A stretch of DNA of 64,000 nucleotides from the human T2T-CHM13v2.0 reference genome, Homo sapiens, in the NCBI RefSeq assembly GCF_009914755.1, contig NC_060930.1; one strand, given 5' to 3'. The position numbers and the translations under genes were made by a program. This document shows, one piece after another, positions 26,901-40,866 of this stretch. The notes below the pieces were generated by a model. That model ran no database searches, was not told the DNA's origin, and worked only from the letters and a program-made list of their open reading frames with translations. How positions within the stretch are numbered: position 1 is the first letter of the stretch; every line of letters begins with the position of its first letter.

Positions 26901-29900
26901 GTTCGAGGACAATGGAAGAAAATTAATTATGTTCATAGAAAAACTAGACAGAATGATTCTCAGAAACTACTTTGTGATGTGTGCTTTCAACTCACAGAGT
27001 TTAACCTTTCTTTTGATAGAGCAGTTTTGAAATACAAGAATCTGCAAGTGAATATTTGGAATTTTTTGAGGCCTTCTTTGGAAACGGGATTTCTTCATAT
27101 AAAACTTGACAGAATAATTCTCAGAGACTTCTTTGTGATGTGTGCATTCAACTCACAGGGTTGAACCTTTCTTTTGATAGAGCAGTTTTGAAATAATCAT
27201 TTTTTACAATTTCCAAGTGGATATTTAGATCGGTTCGATGCCTATGGTAGAAAAGGAAATAACTTCATAGAAAAGCTAGACAGAATCATTATCAGAAACT
27301 AATTTGTGATGTGTGCATTCAGCTTGCAGAGTTTAACATTTCTTTTGATGGAGAAGTATGGAAACCCCCTTTTTGTGGTATTTGCAAGTGTATATTTAGA
27401 GCGCTTTGAGGCCTACTGTAAAAAGGAAATATCTTCACAAAAAAACTAGACAGAATCATTTTCAGAAACTGCAATGTGATATTTGCTTTCAACTCACAGA
27501 GTTGAACATTATTCTTCAAAGAGCAGTTTTGATACACTCTTTTCTTAGAATCTGTAAGTGAATATTTGGATTTTTTTTGAGGGCTTCGTTGGAAACGGTA
27601 TCTCTTCATATAAAACTTGACAGAAGAATTCTCAGGAACTTCTTTGTGATGTGCGCTTTCAACTCACAGATTTGAACTCTCCCTTCGACAGAGCAATTTT
27701 GAAATACTCTTTTTCTAGAATTTTCAAGTGGATATTTAGAGCGGTTCAAGGCCTATGGAAGAAAATTAATTTTCTTCATAGAAAAACTAGACAGAATGAT
27801 TCTCAGAAACTACTTTGTGATGTGTGCTTTCAACTCACAGAGTTTAACCTTTCTTTTGATAGAACAGTTTTGAAACACACTTTGAAGAATCTGCAAGTGA
27901 ATATTTGGAATTTTTTGAGGCCGTCTTTGGAAACGGGATTTCTTCATATAAAAATTGACTGAAGAATTCTCAGAAACTTCTTTGTGATGTGTGCATTCAA
28001 CTCACAGGGTTGAAACTTCCTTTCGATAGAACAGTTTTGAAGTACTCTTTTTGTAGAATTTAAAGTGCATATTTAGAGCACTTCGAGGCCTATTTTAGAA
28101 TATTAAATATCTTCATAGAAAAACTAGACAGAATCATTCTCAGAATCTGCTTTATGATGTGTGCTTTCAGCTCACAGAGTTTAACCTTTCTTTTGATTGA
28201 GCAGTTTTGAAACAGTCTCTTTGTGGAATTTGCAAGTGTATATTTAGAGAGCTTTGAGGCCTAAGTTAGAAAAGGAAATATCTTCACATAAAAACTAGAC
28301 AGAAGAATTGTCAGAAACTAATTTGTGATATTTGCATTCATCTTAGAGTTGAACATTCCTCTTGATAGACCAGTTTTGAAACACTCTTTTTGTAGAATCT
28401 GCAGGTGGATATTTGGACCTCTTTTTGGACTTCGTTTGAAACGTGAATTCTTCATATAAATCTAGACAGAAGAATTCTCAGAAACTTCTTTGTGATGTCT
28501 GCTTTAAACTCACAGAGTTGAACCTTCCTTTCGATAGAGCAGTTTTGAAACTCTTTTTTTGTAGTAATTCCATGTGGATATTTAGCGCCGTTTGATTCAT
28601 ATGGTAGAAAAGGCAATATCTTCATAGAAAAACTAGACAGAATGATTCTCAGAAACTACTTTGTGATCTGTGCGTTCAACTCACAGAGCTTAACCTTTCC
28701 TTTAATAGAGCAGTTTTGAAACACTCTTTGTAGAAAATGCTAGTGAATATTTGGACTTTTTTGAGGCCATTGTTGGAAATAGGATTTCTTCATATAAAAC
28801 TTGACAGAAGAATTCTCAGAAACTTCTTTGTGATGTGTGCATTCAACTCAAAGAATTGAACATGCTTCTTGAAAGAGCAGTTTTGAAACACTCTTTTTGT
28901 AGGATCTGCAAATGGATATTTTGATCTCTCTGTGGCCTTCGTTTGAAACGTGATTTCTTCATATAAAGCTAGACAGAAGAATTCTCAGAAACTTCTTTGT
29001 GATGTGTTCTTTCAACTCACAGTGTTGAACCTTCCTTTCGATTGAGTAGTTTTGAAGTACTCTTTTTGTAGTATTTCCCAGTGGATATTCAACGCCGTTT
29101 GGGGCCTATGGTAGAAAAAGCAATATCTTCATAGAAAAACCAGACAGAATGATTCTCACAAACTTCTTTGTGATGTGTGCATTCAACTCACAGAGTTCAA
29201 CGTTTCTTTTCAAAGAGCAGTTTTGAAACACTCTTTTTGTAGTATCTGCAAGTGAATATTTGGACTTTTTTGAGGACTTCGATGGAAACGGAATTTCTAC
29301 ATATGTAACTTGACAGAAGAATTCTCAGAAACTTCTTTGTGATGTGTGCATTCAAATCACAGGGTTGAACCTTCCTTTCCATAGAGCAGTTTTGAAATAC
29401 TTTTTTTTGAATTTCCAAGTGGATATTTAGAGCAGTTTGAGGCCTGTGGTAGAAAAGGCAATATCTTCACAGAAAAACTAGACAGAAGCATTGTCAGAAA
29501 CTAGTTTGTGATATTTGCATTCAACTCACAGTGTTGAACATTCCTCTTGATAGAGTAGTTTTGAAACACTCTTTTTGTAGAATCTGCTAGTGGATATTTG
29601 GACCGCTTTGGTTCATCTTTTGATACGTGATTTCCTCATATAAAACTAGACAGAAGAATTCTCAGAAACTTCTTGGTGATGTGTGCATTCATCTCACACA
29701 GCTGAAACTACCTTTCAAAAGAGCAATTTCGAAATTCTCTTTTTGTGGAATTTCCAATGGGATATTTAGAGCGGTTTGAGGCCTCTGGTATAAAAGGCAA
29801 TTTCTTCATAGAAAAAGTAGTCAGAATTATTCTCAGAAACTACATTGTGATGTGGACATTCAGCTTACCGACTTTAACATTTCTTTTGATAGTGCAGTTT

Positions 29901-32900
29901 TGAAACACACTTTTTGTGGAATTTGCAAGTGTATATTACAGCGCTTTGAGGCCTCCGGTAGAAAAGGAAATATCTTAATAAATACTGTACAGAAGCATTG
30001 ACAGAAACTAATTTGTGATATTTGCATTCAACTCACAGAGTTGAACATTCCTCTTGATAGGGCTGTTTTGAAACACTCTTTTTGTAGAATCTGCAAGTAG
30101 ATATTTGGATCCTCTTTGTGGCCTTCGTTTGAAACGTGATTTCTTCATATAAAACTAGGCAGAAAAATTCTCAGAAACTTCTTTGTGATGTGTGCTTTCA
30201 ACTCACTGGGTTGAACCTTCCTTTCGATAGAACAGTTTTATAACTCTCTTTTTGCAGATTTTCCAAGTGGATATTTAGCACCGTTTCAGTCCTATGGTGG
30301 AAAAGGCAATATCTTCATTGAAAAAGTAGACAGAATGATTCTCAGAGACTACTTTGTGATGTGTGCATTCAACTCACAGAGTTTAACCTTTCTTTTGATA
30401 GAACAGTTTTGAAACACTCTTTTTGTAGAATCTGCAAGTGAATATTTGGACTTTTTTTAGGCCTTCGTTGGAAACGGGATTTCTTCATATAAAAGTTGAC
30501 AGAAGAATTCTCAGAACCTTCTTTGAGATGTGTGCATTCACCTCACATAGTTGAACCTTTCCTTCGATAGAGCAGTTTTGAAATACTCTTTTTGTAGAAT
30601 TTTCAAGTGAATATTTAGTGCGGTTCAAGGTCTATGGTTGAAAAGTAAATACCTTCATAGAAAAGCTATACAGAACCATTCTTAGAAACTACTTTGTGAT
30701 GTGTGCTTTCAGCTTACAGAGTTTAACATTTCTTTTAATAGAGCAGTTTTGAAACAACCTTTTTGTGGTATTTGCATGTGTATATTTAGAGCTCTTGAGG
30801 CCTATGGTAGAAAAGGAAATATCTTCACAAAAAAAAACTAGACAGAAGCATTGTCAGAAACTACTTTGTCAAATTTGCATTCATCTCACAGTGTTGATCA
30901 TTCCTCTTGATATAGCAGTTTTGAAACACTCTTTTTGTAGAATCTGCAAGGGGATATTTGTACCGCTTTGTGTCCATCGTTTGCTAAGTGATTTCTTCAT
31001 ATAAAACTAGACAAAAGAATTCTCAGAAACTTCTTTGTGATGTGTGCTTTCAACTCAAAGAGTTGAACCTTCCTTTCAATAGAGCAGTTTTGAAACTCTC
31101 TTTTTGTAGAATTTTCAAGTGGATATTTACTGCCGTTTGAGGCCTCTGGTAGAAAAGGACTTATCTTCATAGAAAAACTAGACAGAATCATTCTCAGAAA
31201 CTACTTTGTGATGTGTGCGTTCAAGTCACAGAGTTTAACCTTTCTTTTGATGCAGCAGTTTTGAAACACTCTTTTTTTAGAATCTGCAAGTGAATATTTG
31301 GTCTTTTTTGAGGCCTTCATTGGAAACGGTATTTTTTCATATAAAACTTGACAGAATAATTCTCAGAAACTTCTTTGTGATGTGTGCATTCAACTCACAG
31401 AGTTGAACCTTCCCTTCGATAGAGCAGTTTTGAAATACTCTTTTTGTAGAATTTTCAAGTGGATGTTTAGTGCGGTTTGAAGCCTATGGTAGAAAAGGAA
31501 ATATCTTCATAGAAAAACTAGACAGAATCATTCTGAGAAACCACTTTGTGATGTGTGCATTCAGCTTACAGAGTTTAACCTTTCTTTTGATAGAGCAGTT
31601 TTGAAACACTCTTTTTGTAGAATCTGCAAGTGGATATTTGGATCCTCTTTGTGGCCTTCGTTTGAAACGTGATTTCTTCATATAAACCTAGACAGAATAA
31701 TTCTCAGAAACTTCTTTGTGATGTGTGCATTCAAACCACGGAGTTGAACCTTCCTCTCGATAGAGCAGTATGAAACTCTCTTTTTGTAGATTTTCCAAGT
31801 GTATGTTTACCGCCGTTTGAGGCCTATGGTAGAAAAGGAAATATCTTCACACAAAAAATAGACAGAATTAGTCTCAGAAACTAATTTGTGCTATGTGCGT
31901 TCAACTCACAGAGTTTAACCTTTCTTTTGATAGAGCATTTTTGAAACACTCTTTTTGTGGTATCTGCAGGTGAATATTTGGACTTTTTTGAGGCCTTGTT
32001 TGGAAATGTCATTTCTTCATATAAAACTTGACAGAAGAATTCTCAGCAATTTCTTTGTGAATTGTGCATTCAACTCACAGAGTTGAACGTTCCTTTTGAT
32101 AGAGCAGTTTTGAAATACTCTTTTTGTAGAATTTCCAAGGGGATATTTAGAGCGGTTCAAGACTGACGGTAGAAAAGGAAATATTTTCATAGAAAAACTA
32201 GACAGAATCATCTCAGAAACTACTTTGTGATGTGTGCATTCAGCTGACAGAGTTTAACCTTTCTTTTGATAGAGCAGTTTTGATACACTGTTTTTGTGGA
32301 ATTTAAAAGTGCATATTTAGTGTGCTTTGAGGCTTATGGTAGAAAAGGAAATAACTTCATATGAAAACTAGACAAAAGAATTGTCAGAAACTGCTTTGTG
32401 ATATTGACCTTCAACTCACAGAGTTGAAAATTCCTCTTGATAGAGCAGTTTTGAAACACTCTTTTTGTAGAATCTGCAAGTGGTTATTGGGACCTCTTTG
32501 TGGTCTTCGTTTGAAATGTTATTTATTCGTATAAAACTAGACGGAAGAATTCTCAGAAACTTCTTTGTGATGTGTGCTTTCAACTCACAGAGTTGAAACT
32601 TCCTTTCTATAGAGCAGGTTTGAGACGCTCTTTTTGTAGAATTTCGAAGTGGATATTTAGTGCCGTTTGAAGCCAATTGTAGAAAAGGTAATATCTTCAT
32701 AGAAAAACTAGACAGAATGATTCTCAGAAACTACATTGTGATGTGTGCGTTCAACTCACAGAGTTTAACCTTTCTTTTGATAGAGCAGTTTTGAAACACT
32801 CTTATGTAAAAACTGCAAGTGAATATTTCCACTCTTTTGAGGCCTTCGTTGGAAACGGGATTTCTTCATATAAAACTTCACAGAAGAATTCTCAGAAACT

Positions 32901-35900
32901 TCTTTGTGATGTGTGTACTCAACTCATGGTGTTGAACCTGTCTTTCAATAGAGTAGTTTGGAAATACTCTTTATGAAGAACTTCTAAGTGTATATTTAGA
33001 GTGGTTCGAGGCCTATGGTAGAAAATGAAATATCTTCATAGAAAAACAAGACAGAAGCATTCTCAGAAACTACTTTCTGATGAGAGCATTCAGCTTACAG
33101 AGTTTAACATTTCTTTTGATAGAGCAGTTTTGAAACACTCTTTTTGTGGAATTTGCAAGTGTATGTCTTGTGCGCTTTGAAGCCTACAGTAGAAAAGGAA
33201 ATATCTTCACATAAAAACAAAACAGAAGCATTGTCAGAAATTACTTTTGTGATATTTGCATTCAACTCACAGAGTTGAACATTCTTCTTGATAGAGCAGT
33301 TTTTAAACACTCTTTTTGTAGAATCTGCAAGTGGATCTTTGGATCCTCTTTGTGGCCTTCTTTGAAACGTGATTTCTTCATATAAAACTAGATAGAAGAA
33401 TTCTCAGAAACTTCTTCATGATGTGTCCTTTCAACCCAGAGAGTTGAACCTTCCTTTCGATAGAGCACTTTTGAGACTCTCTTTATGTAGAATTTCCAAG
33501 TGGATATTAAGGACCGTTTGAGGCTTATGGTAGAAAAGGCAATATTTCATACAAAAACTAGACAGAATGATTCTCAGAAAATACTTTGTCATGTGTGTGT
33601 TCAACTCATGGAGTTTAATCTTTCTTGTGATAGAGCAATTTCGAAACACTCTTTTCGTAGAATCTGCAAGGGAGTAATTGGACTTTTTTGAAGCCTTCGT
33701 TGGAAACGGGATTTCTTCATATTAAACTTAACAGAAGAATTCTCAGAAACTTCTTTGTGATGTGTGTATTCAAGTCACAGAGTTGAACCTTCCCTTCGAT
33801 AGAACAGTTTTGAAGTACTCTTTTTGTAGTATTTTCAAGTGGATATTAGAGCAGATCTAGGCCTATGGTAGAAAAGGAAATATCTTCATAGGAAAACTAG
33901 ACAGAGTCATTCTCAGAAACTACTTTGTGATGTCTGCATTCAGCTTACCGAGTTTAGCATTTCTTTTGATAGAGCAGTTTTGAAACCACCTTTTTGTGGA
34001 ATTTGCAAGTGTATATTTAGAGGGCTTTGCAGACTATGGTAGAAAAGGAAATATCTTCACAAAAAAAAACTAGACAGAAGCATTGTCAGAAACTACTTTG
34101 TCATATTTGCATTCAACCCACAGTGTTGAACATTACTCTTGATAGAACAGTTTTGAAACACTCTTTTTGTAGAATCTGCAAGTGGATATTTTGACCTCTT
34201 TGTGTCCATCGTTTGATACGTGATTTCTTCGTATAAAACTAGAGAGAAGAATTCTCAGAAACTTCTTTGTGATGTGTGCTTTCAACTCACAGTGTTGAAA
34301 CTTCCTTTCAATAGAGCAGTTTGGAAAGTCTCTTTTTGCAGAATTTCCAAATGGATATTTAGTGCCGTTTGAGGCCTCTGGTAGAAAAGGCAATATCTTC
34401 GTAGAAATAGTAGACAGAATCATTCTCAAAAACAACTTTGTGATGTGTGCATTCAGCTTACAGAGTTTAACCTTTCTTTTCATACAGCAGTTTTGAAACA
34501 CTCTGTTTGTGGAATTTGCAAGTGTATATATAGAGCGCTTTGAGGCCTACGGTTGAAAAGGAAATATGTTCACATACAAACTAGACAGAAGCATTGTCAG
34601 AAACTACTTTGAGATATTTGCATTCAACTCACAGAGTTGAACATTCCTCTTGATAGAGCAGTTTTGAAACACTCTTTTTGTAGAATCTGCAAGTAGATAT
34701 TTGGACCTATTTACGGCCTTCTTTTGAAACGGATTTCTTCATATAAAACTAGACAGAAGAATTCTCAGAAGCTTTTTGTGATGTGTGCTTTCAACTCACA
34801 GAGTTGAACCTTCCTTTCATTAGAGCAGTTTTGAGACTCCATTTTTGTATAATTTCCAAATTAGTTAATGCAGTTTGTGGCCTATTGGAGAAAACGAAAT
34901 ATCTTCATAGAAATACTAGACAGAATGATTCTCAGAAAGTATTTTGTGATGTGTGCATTCTACTCTCAGTGTTTAACTTTTCTTTTGATAGAGCAGTTTT
35001 GAAAAACAGTTTTTGTGGTATCTGCAACTGAATATTTGCACTTCTTTGAGGCCTTATTTGGAAAAGGGATTTCTCCTTATAAAACTAGAAAGAGGAATTC
35101 TCAGAAACTTCTTAGTGATGTGTGCTTTCAACTCATAGAGTTGAAACTTCCTTTCGATAGAGCAGTTTTGAAATATTGTTTTTGTAGAATTTCCTAATGG
35201 ATATTTAGAGTGGATCGAGGCCAATGGTAGAAAAGGAAAGATCTTCATAGAAAAACAAGACAGAATCATTCTCAAAAACTTCTTTTTCATATGTGCATTC
35301 AGCTGACAGAGTTTAACGTTTCTTTTCATAGAGCAGATTTGAAACACTCTTTTTGTGGAATTTGCAAGTGAGTATTTAGTGCGCTTTCAGGCCTACGGGA
35401 GAAAAGGAAATGTCTTCACAGAAAAACTAGACAGAAGCATTGTCAGAAACGATTTTGTGATATTTGCATTCAACACATAGAGTTGAACATTCCTCTTGAT
35501 AGAGCAGTTTTGAAACACTCTTGTTGAAGAATCTGCAAGTGGATATTTGGACCTCTTTGTGGCCTTCGTTTGAAATGAGTTTTCTTCATATAAAACTAGA
35601 AAGAAGAATACTCACAAACTTCTTTGTGATGTGTGCTTTCAACTCACAGAGTTGAAACTTCCTTTGGAGAGAGCAGTTTTGAGACTCTCTTTTTGTAGAA
35701 TATCCAAGTGGATATTTAGTGCCGTTTGAGGCCCATGGTAGAAAAGGAAATAACTTCATAGAAAAACTAGACAGAATGATCCTCAGAAAGTACTTTGTGA
35801 TGTGTGCGTTCAACTCAGAGAGTTTAGCTTTTCTTTTGATAGAGCAGTTTTGAAACACTCTTTTTGTAGAATTTCGAAGGGGATATTTAGCACCGTTTGA

Positions 35901-38900
35901 GGGCTATGGTAGAAAAGGCGATATCTTCATAGAAAAACTAGACAGAATCATTGTCAGAAACAACTTTCTTATGTGTGCATTCAGCTTACAGAGTTTAACC
36001 TTTCTTTTGATAGATCAGTTTTGAAACACTCTTTTTGTGGAATTTGCAAGTGTATATTTAGAGCGCTTTGAGGCCTACGGTGGAAAAGGATACACCTTTA
36101 CCTAAAAACTAGACAGAAGCATTGTCAGAAACTACATTGAGATATTTGCAATCAACTCACAGATTTGAACACTCCTCTTGATAGAGCAGTTTTGAAACAC
36201 GCTTTTTGTAGAATCTCCAAGAGGTTATTTGGACCTCTTCGTGACTTTCTTTTGATACGTGATTTCTTCCTATAAAGCTAGACAGAAGAATTCTCAGAAA
36301 CTTCTTCGTGATGTGTGCTTTCAACTCACAGAGTTGAACCTTCCGTTCTTTAGAGCACTCTTGAAACTCTCTTTTTGTAGTGTTTCCAATGGGATATTTA
36401 GCGTTGTTCGAGTCCTATGGTAGAAAAGGAAATAACTTCATAGAAAAAAGAGACACAATCATTCTCGGAAGCTAGTTTGTGATGTGTGCATTCAGCTTAC
36501 AGAGATTAAATTTTCTTTTCATAGACCAGTTTTGAAACTCCCTTTTTGTGGAATTTGCAAGTGCATATTTAGAGCACTTTGAGGCCTACAGTAGAAAAGG
36601 AAATATCTTCACAAAAAAACAAGACAGAAGCATTGTCAGAAACTACTTTGTGATATTTGCATTCAATTCACATAGTTGAACATTCCTCTTGATAGAGCAG
36701 TTTTGAAACACTCTTTTTGTAGAATCTGCAAGTGGATATTTTGACCTGTTTGTGGCCTTCGTTTGATACGTGATTTCTCCTATAAAGCTAGACAGAAGAA
36801 TTCTCAAAAACTTCTTTTTGATGTGTGCTTTCAACTCACAGAGTTGAACCTTCCTTTCAATAGAACAGTTTTGAAACTCTCTTTTTGTACATTTTCCATG
36901 TGGTTATTTAGCGCCGTTTGAGGCCTATGGTAGAAAAGGAAATATCTCCTTAGAAAAATTAGACAGAATGATTCTCAAAAACAGCTTTGTAATGTGTGCG
37001 TTCAACTCACAGAGTTTAACCTTTCTTTTGATAGAGCAGTTTTGAAACACTCTTTTTGAAGTATCTGCAAGTGAATATTTGGACTTTTTTGAGGCCTTCA
37101 TTGGAAACGGGATTTCTTCACATAAAACCTGACAGAAAAATTCTCAGGAACTTTTTGGTGATGTGTGCATTCAACTCACAGTGTTGAACCTTCCTTTGGA
37201 AAGAGCAGTTTTGAAATGCTTTTTGATAGAATTTTGAAGTTGATGTTTAGAGTGGTTCAAGCCTGTGGTAGAAAAGGAAATATCTTCATAGAAAAACTCT
37301 ACAGAATCATTAGAGCAGTTTCGAAACAACATTTTTCTGTTATTTACAAATGTATATTTTGAGAGCCTTGTGGCCTGCGGTAGAAAATGATATATCTTAA
37401 CAAAAAAACAAGACAGAAGCATTGTCAGAAACTAATTTGTGATATCTGCATTCAACTCAAAGAGATGAACATACCTCTTGATAGAGCAGTTTTGAAACCC
37501 TCTTTTTTAGAATCTGCTAGTGGATAATCTGACCACATCGTGGCCATCGTTTGATACCTGATTTCTTCATATAAAACTAGACATAAGAATTCTCAAAAAC
37601 TTCGTTGTGATGTGTGCTTTCAACTCACAGAGTTGAACCTTCCTTTCGATACAGCAGTTTTGAAACTCTCTTTTTTTAGAATTTCCAAGTGGATATTTAG
37701 TGCCGTTTGAGGCCTATGGTAGAAAAGGCAATATCTTCATAGAAAAACTAGACAGAATCATTCTCAGAAACTACTTCATGATGTGTGCGTTCAACTCACA
37801 GAGTTTAACCTTTCTTTTGATAGAGCAGTTTTGAAACACTTTTTTTGAGAATCTGCAAGTGAATATCTGGACTTTTTTGAGGCCTTCGTTGGAAACGGGA
37901 TTTCTTCTTATAAAACTTGACAGAAGAATTCTCAGAAACTTCTGTGTGATGTGTGCATTCAACTCACAGAGTTGAACCTTCCTTTCGATAGAGCAGTTTT
38001 GAAATACTCTTTTTGTAGAAATTCCAAGTGGATATTTACAGTGGTTCGAGGCCTACGGAAGAAAAGGAAATGTCTTCACAAAAAAATTAGACAGAAGCAT
38101 TGTCAGAAACTACTTTGCGATACTTGCATTCAACTAACAGTGTTGAACATTCCTCTTGATGGAGCAGTTTTGATACACTCTTTTTGTAGAATCTGCAAGT
38201 GGATACTTGGACCACTATTTGGCCGTCGTTTGAAACGTGATTTCTTCTTAAAAACCCAGACAAAAGATTTCTCAGAAACCCTTTGTGATGTGTCCTTTCA
38301 ACTCACAGATTTGAACCTTCCTTTAGAAAGAACATTTTTGAAACTCTCTTTTTGTAGAATTTCCCAGTGGAAATTAAGCACCGTTTGAGGCCTATGGTAG
38401 AAAAGGCAATATCTTAATAGAAAAACTAGATAGAACGATTCTCAGAAACTACTTTGTTATATGTCCAATGAACTCACAGAGTTTCACCTTTCTTTTGATA
38501 GAGCAGTTTTGAAACATTCTTTTTGTAGAATCTGCAAGTGAATATTTGGACTTTTTTGAGACGTTCATTGGAAACGGGATTTCTTTATATGAAAATTGAG
38601 AGAAAAATTCTCAGGAACTCCTTTGTGATGTGTGCATTCAACTCGCACAGTTGAACCTTCCTTTCGATAGAGCAGTTTTGAAATACGCTTTTTTTAAGAT
38701 TTCCATGTGGATATTTAGAGCGTTTCGAGGCCAACGGAGGAAAAGGAAATATCTTCATAGAAAAACTAGACAGAACCATTCTCAGAAACAACTTTGTGAT
38801 GTGTGCATTCAGCTTTCAGATTTTAACTTTTCTTTTAATAGAGCAGTTTTGAAACACTCTTTTTGTGGAATTTGAAAGTGTATATTTAGAGAGCTTTGAG

Positions 38901-39964
38901 GCCTAAGGTAGGAAAGGAAATATCTTCACATAAAAACTAGACAGAAGTATTTTCAGAAACTACGCTGTGGTATTTGCACTCAACTCACAGAGTTGAACAT
39001 TCCTATTGATAGAGCTGTTTTGAAACACTCTTTTTCTGGAATCTGCAAGTGGATATTTGGACCTCTTTGTGGCCTTCGTTTGAAACGTGATTTCTTCATA
39101 TAAAACTAGACAGAAGAATTCTCAGAAACTTCTTTGTGATGTGTGCTTTCAACTCATAGAGTTGAACCTTCCTTTCAGTAGAGCAGTTTTGAAACTCTCT
39201 TTTTGTAGAATTTCCAAGTGGATATTTAGCGTCTTTTGAGGCCTATGGTAGAAAAGGCAATATCTTCATAGAAAAAGTAGACAGAATGATTCTCAGAAAC
39301 TGCTTTGTGATGTGTGCATTTAACAAACTGACTTTAACCTTTCTTTTGATAGAGTAGTTTGAAAACACTCTTTTTGTAGAATCTGCAAGTGAATATTTGG
39401 ACTTTTTTGAGGCCTTCTTTGGAAAAGGGATTTCTTCATATAAAACTTGACAGAAGAATTTTCGGAAACTTCTTTGTGATGAGTGCATTCAACTCACAGA
39501 GTTGAACCTTCCTTTCCATAGGGCAGTTTTGAAATATTCTTTTTGTAGAATTTTCAAGTGTATATTTAGAGTGTTTCGGGGCCAATGGTGGAAAAGGAAA
39601 TATCTTCATAGAAAAACCAGACAGAATCTTTCTCAGAAACTACTTTGTGATGTGTGCATTCAGCTTTCAAAGTTTAACGTTTCTTTTGATAGAGCAGTTT
39701 TGAAACACTATTTTTGTCGAATTTGAAAGTGTATATTAAGAGGGCTTTGAGGCCTATGGTAGAAAAGGAAATATCTTCACAAAAAACTAGACAGAAGCAT
39801 TGTCAGAAACCACTATGTGATATTTGCATTCAACTAACAGAGTTGAACATTCCTATTGATAGAGCAGTTGTGAAACACTTTTTTTAGAATCTGGAAGTGG
39901 ATATTTGGACCTCTTTTTGGCCTTCGTTTGAAACGTGATTTCCTCATTTAAAACTAGACAGAAG
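2928..39964 (+). repeat. Alpha satellite, divergent ~855-bp pentameric HOR-like array (SF1/SF01-like monomers), segment 2
   Basis: Five recurring monomer classes in order. a: CAGAATCATT..CAGCTTAC..CTACGGTAGAAAAGG. b: CAGAAGCATTGTC..CTTCGTTTGAAACGTGA. c: CAGAAGAATT..GCTTTC..GCGCCGTTTG..GGCAATATC. d: CAGAATGATT..GCGTTC..CTTCGTTGGAAACGGGA..CTTGA. e: CAGAAGAATT..GCATTC..GAGCGGTTCGAGG. Copies differ by roughly 10% by eye. Confidence 0.97.
39950..39964 (+). repeat. L1 target-site duplication, 5' copy
   Basis: AAAACTAGACAGAAG, repeated at 46956-46970 (16 bp if the preceding T is counted). Preceded by TTT, giving a TT/AAAA endonuclease site. Confidence 0.95.
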
Positions 39965-40866
39965 GAGGAGCCAAGATGGCCGCATAGGAACAGCTCCAGT
40001 CTATAGCTCCCAGCGTGAGTGACGCAGAAGACGGGTGATTTCTGCATTTCCATCTGAGGTACCTGGTTCATCTCACTAGGGAGTGCCAGACAGTGGGTGC
40101 AGGCCAGTGTGTGTGCTCACCGTGCGCGAGCCGAAGCAGGGTGAGGCATTGCCTCACCTGGGAAGTGCAAGGGGTCAGGGAGTTCCCTTTCCTAGTCAAA
40201 GAAAGGGGTGACGGACGCACCTGGAAAATCGGGTCACTCCCACCCGAATATTGCGCTTTTCAGACCGGCTTAAGAAACGGCGCACCAGGAGACTATATCC
40301 CACACCTGGCTCAGAGGGTCCTACGCCCACGGAATCTCGCTGATTGCTAGCACAGCAGTCTGAGATCAAACTGCAAGGCGGCAGCGAGGCTGGGGGAGGG
40401 GCGCCCGCCATTGCCCAGGCTTGCTTAGGTAAACAAAGCAGCCAGGAAGCTCGAACTGGGTGGAGCCCACCACAGCTCAAGGAGACCTGCCTGCCTCTGT
40501 AGGCTCCACCTCTGGGGGCAGGGCACAGACAAACAAAAAGAGAGCAGTAACCTCTGCAGACTTAAATGTCCCTGTCTGACAGCTTTGAAAAGAGCAGTGG
40601 TTCTCCCAGCACGCAGCTGGAGATCTGAGAACAGGCAGACTGCCTCCTCAAGTGGGTCCCTGACCCCTGACCCCCGAGCAGCCTAACTGGGAGGCACCCC
40701 CCAGCAGGAGCACACTGACACCTCACATGGCAGGGTATTCCAACAGACCTGCAGCTGAGGGTCCTGTCTGTTAGAAGGAAAACTAACAACCAGAAAGGAC
40801 ATCTACACCGAAAACCCATCTGTACATCACCATCATCAAAGACCAAAAGTAGATAAAACCACGAAG
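39965..40866 (+). promoter_or_regulatory. L1 5'UTR internal sense/antisense promoter with intact YY1 site
   Basis: YY1 motif AAGATGGCC at 39973-39981. ~900-bp GC-rich UTR with many CpG>TpG/CpA changes. Confidence 0.88.
40196..40411 (-). CDS. ORF0: L1 ORF0 (71 aa, antisense in the 5'UTR), open
   Basis: MAGAPPPASLPPCSLISDCCASNQRDSVGVGPSEPGVGYSLLVRRFLSRSEKRNIRVGVTRFSRCVRHPFL. CAT at 40409-40411. The longer 94-aa call in the ORF track is an upstream extension. Confidence 0.85.
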   Translation of the reverse strand: MAGAPPPASLPPCSLISDCCASNQRDSVGVGPSEPGVGYSLLVRRFLSRSEKRNIRVGVTRFSRCVRHPFL

